Part shown: in pieces, positions 38,552 through 49,902 of the stretch | How positions within the stretch are numbered: position 1 is the first letter of the stretch | Layout of the letters: every line of letters begins with the position of its first letter | Assembly: GCF_006345805.1 (NCBI RefSeq) | Contig: NC_043006.1 | Coordinates: forward strand, 105,772,001 to 105,836,000 | Length of the DNA stretch: 64,000 bases | Origin: Octopus sinensis | Lineage: Eukaryota | Direction: 5' to 3' | Translations under genes and position numbers: made by a program | The notes under the pieces: model-generated | Database searches by the model: none | Told to the model about the DNA's origin: nothing | What the model saw: only the letters and a program-made list of their open reading frames with translations

Positions 38552-39220
38552 TATATATACATATATACCGTATATTTTATAGATGTTCACATACACTCAC
38601 ACACAAATACACAAATACACACACGCTCCATTATACCATTTTTATGTGTTCACTTCATGAATCTTTCATATGGTATATAAAGTTAGCCATGTTATTCATG
38701 TGATCTTCTATCAGACGTTAGTTGTGGCTGATTATTATAATGCACCGCTGATACCTTTAACAGCATCTATTGTGTCTTTGCTATGATTTTGTTCTTTTGA
38801 TTGCGTTGCTGCCGTATATTTTGATTTCCGTTGTTTTTACGCTGCTTTTCTTTTTGTTTCTGGTGTGTATGCTTGTTTCTAGCTTCCCTGTTTTTCTGTT
38901 ATGTTTTATTCATTATTAATGTGTATATATTTATGTTATTGTTGTTGTTGTTGTTGTTGTGGTTGTTGGTATAGTTCATTCATGTTGGTGCGTGTTTTCT
39001 TTCACTGTCAATCGGCTTGTTTTACTTCTAATTACCGGCTACAGCCAGAAATATAGGTATGTATACATCTACGAATGCGCATGTGTGTATGTATGAATGT
39101 ATAAAAATAGATATACATATTTAGCATGTATGTATGTTTATATACATATATACAAATATAAACACATATATACATACGAAATATATATATAGTTGTGTGT
39201 ATATATGTATGCGTATGTGC

Positions 39221-39266
<46 letters not shown>

Positions 39267-39333
39267 TATATATATATAGATATATATATATATATATATA
39301 TAGATATATATATATATATATAGATAGATAGAT

Positions 39334-39396
<63 letters not shown>

Positions 39397-39483
39397 TGTG
39401 TATATTTATACATTTTAAATATATATATACATACTCATATATGTGTGCATATTTATACATGTAAATATATATATATATGTATA

Positions 39484-39519
<36 letters not shown>

Positions 39520-41940
39520 TTATGTATGTATGTATATACAGGTGTGATAAACTATCCATATTTTGCAGAAAAATCTGTCGACGGCCAGCCATGAGACTCG
39601 AACTCACATTTAATGAAGAAAGAAAATAACGTACGAACTGAAGGTTTTAACGATGAACTCGAATTTTACAATGAAAGACAAAATTTGCGAAGAAGCGTAT
39701 CTTTGCGCATGCTCACAAGCAAAATATTGGCGGATAATCTGGTTGTAATGTTGAGTCATGTGTGGAGTTCAGTTGTAAACCAAAGCTCCGAAATACAAAG
39801 TATCCGTCCACGCGACTAAGGAAAGCCCACAGACGCCTTTTTCCAGTTATGGCATGATCGCATCCAAAGCTGAGGACCCTACTACACACTCCGGCATGCG
39901 CAGGTAAATCCTGTGACGTATCACATAACAGTCTAGACGCTGTTAAGTTTCTTTCTGGATGCCTGTAGATTCTTCTAAGTTAACACTCAACACCAGGGTG
40001 GGTTCCCGTCCATGCCGAGGCCTTCTGTTTGTTTTGATGGCAGACCCATCATCCATCGCCGGTTTGCCAGGCTTTTCGTGACTTCACTATTATTACTCAC
40101 GTATGCTAACGGAATGAACGAGAGCAACATGAAATGAAGTGTTTTGCTGAGGAATGCAATGCATCGCCCGGTCCTGTTGTATGTTTCCTACATCATGACA
40201 TTGTTACCGAAACATGAAATTAATGAATGTAGACTACAATTACGTATGTTTATAACTCATGAAATATTTCGCGCAGTATAAAAGAAATGAGTTAAAAATG
40301 GTTTGATTTGTGTCCCGTCGCCTCTTTGTTATGTGATCTCTCCCGCTAACTTCAGAGACTTGCAACGCTACTGTGTGTGACGTTAGTTTAGTCCGTGGGA
40401 TGCATTAGTCGTATGGTTTGCGATGTGATCCGATTTTCGTCTGGTGTGATAACAGCACTATTAAAGTATATAGTTTACGGGGTATGATATCGCTGTGGTT
40501 CGATACTGTGTAGAAATACTGTGGTATGTATTGTGTATTGCGTGTGTTGTTACGTTAATCAACTGATTTCGTTTACTCTTTCTTACAGTCATTAGCCTCG
40601 ATTTGCACTCTCTTTCCACATCCTCTTTCAAACACATACACACATACACACGCGCGCGCACACACATACATGCGCGTCCATTCACACACGCATGTATATT
40701 GAGAGAGATACGATATGAGAGCATTATACACGTGCATGCATCCGTATTCGCTTGCGCTTTTGCGTCCGTATTTATGCATGTATGAGTATACGTGTTACTT
40801 GTTTATTTATTTATGTGTGTGTATGAATGTGCGTGTATTTATACATGTATGCATGAATGTATGAGTACAGGAGGAATTTATTTTCGTGCATTGTTTGTAT
40901 GCATTTATTCATTTATGTATATATGTGTGTTTATATATACATGTTTTATGTATGTATGCTACTTCCTCAGTAATTATACTCCTTACCCTTTCCTCAACAA
41001 TTCCAACCTATATTAGTCAACGATATGAAACAACCAATTAGCTTAACATATCGTAATAATAATTAGTTTTTAAAGGAAAGAGAAAGGTTAATGAAGAGGG
41101 GAGGGGCAACGTAAGGAGGAGGGAATTTACTAAAAACAATCTAGAATGTCCGTAAGATTTATTTATTCATTTATTAAATATTTTAGAAGAGACAGTAATC
41201 ATCGATTTTTCTAGGCGACTGATGTTCAGTTTGATCTTTTGCATGTCGAAAACGGTTTCCTCAACTCTGCTTTATACAATGCCTTTCATTCAAATGAGGG
41301 CAAATCTGATTGGTACCATTCGTTACCAATAACACAATGAATTCAAAAAGACTGGAAATACAGGAAAAGGAGGCGAGGAAGGAGGAGGAGAAAAGAAGCA
41401 GGAGCAGGAGGAAAATGTTGATGATAGCAAATGTGAAGAGAAGTGGATTCATTGGGTAGATTTTGAGGAAATTTTACAATATTCTACTTCTGAACAGCAA
41501 CCATTGCTGTAAAGGGAAAGGACACAAAAAGATGGTGATTACAACTTGGGGATGCTGGTTTGTCAATCAGTAAAATAATTTTTTGTTTTTTTGTTTTTTT
41601 TATGGTTGGGGTTGTGGTGTTGGTGTGATCTGAAGTATTTAACATGCCAGATGGAATATATGTGAAGAACACGTTTTTAGGACCTTTTAAAAACTTTTAT
41701 AACGTTTCTGGTCAACAATAGCGTTATTAGTTACGAATTTCAAATTGAACAAACAAGGGCTTCCTTTTAGCAAGTCACCGGACAGTAGGTATGTAGAGGA
41801 AACCATATGGAGCAGCATGTTGAATGAGTAATCCATTAGCCTACGGCTGCACTCCACGCAATGATGGACAGGCGAATCTTTGTGCAAAGTCAAAGACTAA
41901 AATCACCGAAATCCCAAAGCTTATTAGTGCTAAAAGTGGA

Positions 41941-42180
41941 TGCGCCTATTTTAGTAGTTAGGGTGTTAGACTCATGATCGTAAGATTGTGGTTTCGATTC
42001 CTGGACCGGGCGATGCGTTGTGCTCTTGGGCAAAACACTTTATTTCATGTTGCTCCAGTCCATTCAGCTGGTGAAAAGGAATAATCCTACGATGGACCGG
42101 CGTCCCGTCCAGAGAGGAATTTATAAAGCCAGAGAAACCGGGCAATCAGGCCTATGTTCCTTGTGGAGTCATAAGACGAA
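41941..42180 (+). mobile_element. tRNA-derived SINE (family 2 head with family 3-like GATGGACCGGCGTCCCGTCCAG domain)
   Basis: A/B boxes, CTTGGGCAAAACACTTTATTTCA and CGATGGACCGGCGTCCCGTCCAG. Confidence 0.7.
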
Positions 42181-43216
42181 CCAAAAGAGGAGAATTGTCA
42201 GAGTCGTTAGAATGCTGGATAGAATAGCTTGTGGTACTTGTTCCAATTCTTTGCAATCTGAATTCAAATACCAGAACCAATAAAAAAATATTAATCCAAG
42301 ATGGTGGATTAGTGGAATCCTAAGAGTATCGAACAAGATGTCTTGCAATTCCTCTTCCGGCTCTTTATGTTCTGGCGAGAATTCTCGCTACGACACAAGT
42401 ACCAAAAAGTATCAGCCCACGTCGGTGGACTTTCTTTTGGGTGGCGTTGCGTGGATACATAACTGCCAGATTTTTCTTTTAATCTCTTGCCCCGGCCTGC
42501 ACATACATGTACAGATACGCGTTCAACATTAACGACGGTGACCTTTCAGATCACTGTTACCGCCTACATAAACCTGTGACAATGAAAATTATGAAATAAC
42601 GAAAGATTTAATCCGAACCTGCTCAGTTCAGAGGTCATAAACTAAAGAAAGATTTATAATAGTTTGAAGTATCATCTCATATTTCAGTATGATTTCATTC
42701 TGCTTCCTATATTCTTCCTTAGTACAGACAGATTTATAACTCTAATAACAAATTTGTGCAGAAATCGCATAACCCATTCTATGAATCTCAGTATAAGCGC
42801 AGGCATGGCAGTGTGGTTAAGACGCTTACTTTGCAATCACGTGGTTTTGGGTTTTAGTCCCGTTGCGTGGGATGTAGGGAGTCGATTTGCTCAACTAAAC
42901 CCTTCAAGGCGGTGCTTCGGCGTGGTTGCAGTCCAATGACTGAAACAAGTGTAAAGATAAAAATTACAACTGGTACTTATCGTCACCAATCCAGATACGA
43001 AAGGGAGAAAACAATTTAACTATAATGGGACTTGAAATCAAAATGCGATGAGACGGTACAATCCACAAAACCACACACCCTCGACATAAATACATACGTA
43101 CACACTCTCATACAGACGCGCATACACACTCACACATACACACTCTCCAACAGACGCGCACGCATAGACAGTAACTCTGATAGATGCACATTCTTACACC
43201 TACAGACATAGCCAGC

Positions 43217-43525
43217 TGGCACTCGGTCAGTTAGGATCACTCAAGAAGGGTCCCAGTTGAGATGATCCACGGAACAGCCAGCTTGTGAAATTAATGTGTA
43301 AGTGGCTAAGCACTTCACAGACACGTTGTTCTCAAGGAGATTCAGCGTACCACAGAGTTTGACAAGGCTAGCCTTTTGAAATACAGGTACTACTCATGTT
43401 TGCCAGCTGAGTGGACTGGGGCAACGTGAAATAAAGTATCGTGCTCAGACACAACATGCCGGCAGGAATCGAACGCAAGACCATACGATTGTAAGCCAAA
43501 TACTCTAACCACTAAGCCACGCACC
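43217..43525 (-). mobile_element. SINE family 2
   Basis: Reverse complement of 4224-4558. Confidence 0.8.
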
Positions 43526-43559
43526 TTCACAACTATAGACACGCATGTATATCCTCACG

Positions 43560-44539
43560 GATAAATGTACGCACACACATACATATTTACAAGAACACGC
43601 GTACATTCCGATATACTCACACTCGTACAGATAACCGTACACACTCAGGTAACCATACACACTCTCATATTCGCACACACATACACACTAGCATTCATAT
43701 ACACATATTCACACACATACACACTGGCATTCATATACACACACTCACACATATACATGCTCACGCACACTCGCACATATAACTATAGCGATATATACAT
43801 AAGCGCGTACACATTCAAATACACATGGGCTTTCACCCACACACTTACGCACACATTCCCACATGCACACTGATACAAACACACACAAATATGCACACGC
43901 CGGCACATACACATACTTCCACTCTATTACATATATATACTTACATAATACACGTACTCACTCCCATGCATACTTACACACACATATGCACTCCCATGTG
44001 CACAGTTACGCACGCGGACACACACATGCAAACACACACACAAAGATATGGATGTAACGATACACATGCACTCACACAAGAAATGTGCACATACACACAC
44101 ACTTATACACACATAAACAAGCACATACTGATGCATCAATATACACACATGCACACACACACACGCACAGTCAAGCATACTCATACAAACTCATACTCAC
44201 ACACACGTTCTCACAGGAATACACACACACGCATACATTTGCACGCGCGCACACGCAATAATACCACGTTTTTATAGGCACACACAGCTCAACAACAAAT
44301 ACCTGCACACACACACACACACACACGCACATAGCCTCTTACACACACACACACGCACATAGCCTCTTACACACACACACATCAACACAACACTACGTGC
44401 ATTCATACAACAATTAACACACGTTCACACACGCATACACCCATATGCTCGCACACACTCAAATACACAGTGGCTCGACAACACACGCACAAACATACAT
44501 TCACACAACAATACACACACACTACATGCATGCTCACAT

Positions 44540-44583
<44 letters not shown>

Positions 44584-44710
44584 ATATACATTCACACAAA
44601 TATACACACGCTCACATGCACGTATTCCTTCAACAAGGCTAGTGCGCACATTCACATACACTAATATCCACCTGCACATACTCACACAATCTCGCGCGCG
44701 CATACGCATA
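43560..44710. repeat. Degenerate CA-rich low-complexity tract, about 1.1 kb
   Basis: Decayed (CA)n/(CACATA)n; includes a 28-bp tandem pair at about 44315-44380. Confidence 0.85.
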
Positions 44711-45740
44711 CGCACCACTCCTTTCTCCAAGTTGATGATATAAAGGAAGACATGACATAAAATCAACAAAATTTTATACAAATATATAAAAAAAAATCTC
44801 CAAATAAGGTTTAACAGGCGGGAAAAAGTCAATTAAGGTTGATCATAGATATATGATGATGTTGGATCTACAATTTATTAATGAATGTTGAATTCTTAAT
44901 TAACGGGTAAAGACCTTTTAATCCGCTGGTGTTTGCCATCTGAAGCACAAGTAATTACCATACCGTGAAATAATAAAGATCTGCATCATCTAATTACCTT
45001 CCAGCGAGATATCAAGGCGTTATGTGACGTTGCTGTGAAAATATCCTTCGCAGAGAAAGGAAGAAAAACAAAAAGAAAAACGGAAAACAAACATTTCAAG
45101 TACATGACGAAGAAGATGAATAAATAAGTAAGGTGAGGGTTAGAGATAATAGCTCTTAATTTAGAAATCAAAACTAATATATTTAAAACATCATCTAATT
45201 AAGAATCAATGCAGAGTTCAAAAAAACGATCGAAAAATTGTAAAAACAAAATGTCCGCCAGATTGTTTTACGACTGTCGTAGTTATTATTTTGGACGAAT
45301 GTTCCGTCAGATTTTGTCTTTTGTTGTAGCTTTTTTTTGTTGCTGTTGTTGTTGTTATTGTTTGTTTTAATATTTCTTTTATTTGCCGTATTGTTACTTT
45401 TTATTTTTTTACTTTACATAATTATTTTTCATTTTGTTTTTCTTCGAATTTTTTTTTGCTGCTTTATTGTTTCGTTTCAATTTTCCGTATTGTTTCAATT
45501 CCGTGCAACAAACATGGATATAAGCTACATCTGCTTATCATAAATATTTGTACATATACACGCAGGACCCCAGCATGGCCGCCGACTAATGACTGGAACA
45601 AGTAAAAGATAAAAGGTAATACATATATACATCCGTGCATACATATAGATAGATACATAAATAGGTAGATAGATGTAGATATAGATATATGCATATATAC
45701 ATATTTTAATGCATACAACTATAACAAATACATACATATG

Positions 45741-45790
<50 letters not shown>

Positions 45791-45794
<4 letters not shown>

Positions 45795-46420
45795 TGGGCG
45801 TGTATATGTGTATAATATATGTATATACAGATGTACTCACACGTTTATGTGTATAACGGTATAACGTGTGTATATGTGTATATACATATATACATGTGTG
45901 TGTCTCTGTGAGTTACTGTGTACGTGTCTGCTCTTACATAGGCAGAGGAAGAGACAGGTGTACCGTGAGAGGTAAGACAAACCAATTGTGTGAGTGTGTA
46001 CCAAGCTATTTACCCTTCCTCTCTCCCACTTTCTCTTTCTTTCTCTCACTCTCTCTCCGCATACATATATGAATGCATGCATGCGTATATATATATATAT
46101 TATATATATGCGTGTGCGTGTATATGTGTGTATATATATGTATATACAGATGTACTCACACGTTTATGTGTATAACGGTATAACGTGTGTATATGTGTAT
46201 ATACATATATACATGTGTGTGTCTCTGTGAGTCACTGTGTACGTGTCTGCTCTTACATAGGCAGAGTAAGAGACAGGTGTACCGTGAGAGGTAAGACAAA
46301 CCAATTGTGTGAGTGTGTACCAAGCTATTTATCCTTCCTCTCTCCCACTTTCTCTTTCTTTCTCTCACTCTCTCTCCGCATACATATATGAATGCATGCA
46401 TGCGTATATATATATATATT

Positions 46421-46428
<8 letters not shown>
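45791..46428. repeat. Tandem duplication, 2 x 319 bp
   Basis: GTATATACAGATGTACTCACACG at 45821 and 46140; few substitutions; ends in TA/TG runs. Confidence 0.95.
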
Positions 46429-46454
<26 letters not shown>

Positions 46455-46675
46455 GTGTGTGTGTGTGTGCGTGCGTATGTTTATGCATGTATCGATGTAT
46501 CTGTCTATGTATCTATCCATATGCCTGCTTATCCAACCTATTTCTGTTGGTAGCCGACATATTATTCCTCTATGTATTCGTGACTGGTTCACTGCCAGTC
46601 TCTTTCTGTTTGTCTGCCTCACTGTCTTCTCTCCCGCTCCCGTCTCTCACCCGTCCTTTTCTTTCCTCATCTCCC

Positions 46676-46714
<39 letters not shown>

Positions 46715-47689
46715 ACTCACTCACACGCTCGCTCCTTCCGTTAAGACGTATTACCAAAAGCGAAGAGGAACGCAGGAATAGGGAAAATAGAGAAAGAAAG
46801 GTCTAGCAGAGAAAGAAAGAGAGAGAGAGGGAGAGAAGGAGATTCAAATATACAAATATATTTACAAACACACAAAGAAATAATACAAAACGAAAAGAGA
46901 AAATTTGATATTTTACGACCGTAGCCTCGTATATTTTATATACTTTATTTTCTGACGGCTTGATTTCAGTTGCTGTCGCTGATAATTAAATTATTACGTT
47001 GGCTGCAACTGTAAACAAAATTATTATAAGTTTTTTGACAGCTTGTCATAGTTTAATGTCTTTTACAATAAGCCTAGTCCAAATCACTTTCCCGAAACGC
47101 AGTAAATAACAAAACGAGAAGGTATTTAAGACGCAAGTTGAATGAATGGCCACTGATGGAGCATATGTCGACTAAAACCAAGTAATATACGCCATAGAGG
47201 CGTCCGCCATTTACAACCTTACAGCCTTTCGCTGGGATCTTGTTTTCCGTTTTCTTATTTTTACTTTCACTTTCGATTTCTGCTAGTTTTATTTTTAGTT
47301 TTATCTTTTTGTTGTTTATCACACTTCCATTAAAATCTCTTCCCTAGCCTCTATTTCGACTTCGTCCTATTCACGTATTTCAGATTCTTTTCTATTCTCT
47401 TGTCATTTTTATTTCCTATTCGCAAGTGAAACGTCAGATGATAATATTTCGACAATCCACTGCCTACCGCCTTCTCCACCCCATCTCTACTATCTATTTA
47501 TTCATCATGGAGGTCGGTCTCCCTCTTCTAATCGAAGACATGCTCAGCGCGCTTAAGGTGCATTTATTTAGATACATTATGTCTACACAAACATACGCAC
47601 ATGTATAGATATATAGTCAGGCATACATATAGTATAACAATAACAACAACAATTATTATTATTATTGTTGTTGTTGTTGTTGTTGTTAT

Positions 47690-47728
<39 letters not shown>

Positions 47729-47743
47729 TATTATTATTATTAA

Positions 47744-47797
<54 letters not shown>

Positions 47798-47814
47798 CAT
47801 CAATATTATTAGAA

Positions 47815-47995
47815 ATGGAACAGAGAAGTTAACAAGGTAATGATACAACCAATTATTTATTATTGGGGTCTTCGAAACAGCGATCAATAAAGAATTGCGA
47901 ACAAACTTTGAAGGACCTGAATATAATTCTGGTGTCGGTGCAGAAAACATGTTTGCTGGGTTCAGCGAGAATTATCAAGAATGTCCTCAAAACGA
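47815..47995 (+). pseudogene. R4/Dong-type LINE C-terminal (REL endonuclease end) remnant
   Basis: W..KVMIQPII.IG then, after a frameshift, VQKTCLLGSARIIKNVL, resembling the QK.CLLG.ARI.RKVL terminus of R4/Dong ORFs. Confidence 0.55.
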
Positions 47996-48145
47996 TATAA
48001 AACCCGAGATGCAAAGAAGAAAACAATTTTATGCGGAAGGTACACATTCGAAAAGAGATACTGTCTTTCAGTAGAAGGCATAATTAAACCGAACACAAGA
48101 TCACTACCGGGAACTAACAGAAATATTATTAATAATAATAATAAT

Positions 48146-48495
48146 TGTTTCAAATTTTGGCACAAACTAGCAACTAGGTGAGTGGGTGATCGATTGCATC
48201 GATCCCAGTGCTAGGCTCGTACTTTACTTTATCGATTCCGAGATGAAAGACAAAGTTGACCTCGGCGTGATTTGAACTTAGAACGTAAAGCGCCGGTGAA
48301 ATACCGCAACTTATCTTTACTCGACGCGTAAATGATTCTACCAACTTGCCGCCTTAATAATAATTCTTTCAAAATTTTTGCAAAGGGGCAGTAATTTTGA
48401 AGGGAGATGGAAGTTGTTTATATTAACCCTAATGCTGGACTGGCAATTTATTTTATCGACCCCGAAAATATGAGGTTGACCTCGGCAGAATGGAA
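48146..48495 (-). mobile_element. Two tandem SINE family 4 copies
   Basis: Repeated TTTATCGA..CCGA..GAAAG..AAAGTTGACCTCGGC motif; homologous to 5255-5459. Confidence 0.75.
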
Positions 48496-48814
48496 GAAAA
48501 AACGCACGACAGTGACGCTCTAATACAAGTAACTGCAACAATAGAAACGAAGACTTTCAATCTCTTCCCGCGCTTCTACCAAATTTTACATCTTTTCGTC
48601 AAGGTGGCACTTTATGTATATACAGCAGGAGTGGCTGTGTAGTAAGTAGCTCGCTTACCAACTACATGGTTCCAGGCACCTTCGCAAATGTCTTCTATTA
48701 TAGCCTCGTGATTTGGTAGACGGAAACTGAAAGAATCCCCTCGTATATGTGTATGTGTATGAGTGTGTATGTATGTATGTATGTATGTATGTGTCTGTAT
48801 ACGTTTGTGCCATG

Positions 48815-49665
48815 TGTTTTTCCCCAAACAACGATCAACTAAGAGCCTTAGTCTAAGCCAATCCACGCACAACTGTTCGAGAGCTTGCTTCAGAATTAGA
48901 CGTAACTTATTTTCCAACCACTTGAAAGAGATTGAAAAGACAAAAATACTTGAGAAATGGGTGTTGCACGAATTAAACGACAACAAAAAAAAACGCCGTT
49001 TTGAAGTGTCGTCTTCCCTGCTTTTATGCAACAAGCACCACCCGTTTCTCGACCGGATTGCGACTTGCGATGAAAAGTAGATTCTTTACAACAACCGGTG
49101 ATACTCAGCTCAGTGGTTGGACACACGGCATTTCCCGAAGCCAAAGTTACGCCAAAAGAAGGTCATGGTGACTGTTTGGTGGTCCGCAGCCGGTCTCATC
49201 CATCACAGCATTTTGGATCCAGGCGAAACTATTACAGCGGAGAAGTATTGTCAGCGAATGGATGAAATGCATAAGAAACTCCGACAACAGCCAGGTCAAT
49301 AGAAAAGGACCAATTCTTCTCCACGACCCTGTAGAAGGTGAACGAATTGGGCTACGAAACTCTGCCTCATCCGCCATACTCACCAGACCTCTCGCCCACC
49401 GACTACCACTTTTTCAAGCATCTCGACAATTTCCTGCGTGAGAAATGCTTCAAAATCAAGACGATGCCAAACACGCCTTCAACGCCTTCATCGCCACCAG
49501 AACGCAGGATTTTTATGCTACTGGCATAACTAAACTTGATTCGTGTTGGCAAAAGTGTGTTGATTCTGATGGTATTTATTTCGATTAATAAAGTTTAGTT
49601 TGAGCCGAGATATGTGCGTCTGAATTTAAAGATTAAAAACCGCAAGAACTTTCTTGACAAACTTA
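48815..49665 (+). mobile_element. Mariner (cecropia/Hsmar1-like) remnant with right TIR
   Basis: KWVLHEL..FLDRIATCDEK*ILYNN..KKVMVTVWWSAAGLIHHS..ETITAEKYC..LLHD..LGYETLPHPPYSPDLSPTDYHFFKHLDNFL; right TIR AAAACCGCAAGAACTTTCTTGACAAACTTA-TA. Confidence 0.9.
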
Positions 49666-49902
49666 TATATATGTTAATATATCAATGTCGTGTGGTGGTC
49701 GTTGCACTGGGTGTGGTAGCACACCGAATACTGCCAAATTTCAAGCAGGGTTATAACAAATCTTTTACATTAAGATTTGGGATTAAATTAATGGAGTAAC
49801 TTAAATATTTATAATGAATTTGCCATTTTCGATGGGTGAGCAGCGCACACCTGGCACACCTGGAATATACGCCCCTGGTGCGTATATATATATATATATA
49901 TA

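Noticed and set aside
47630-48145. Dong remnant targeted to (TAA)n
   Set aside because: The upstream tract is (ATT)n and the downstream one (AAT)n, opposite orientations, inconsistent with insertion into one tract.
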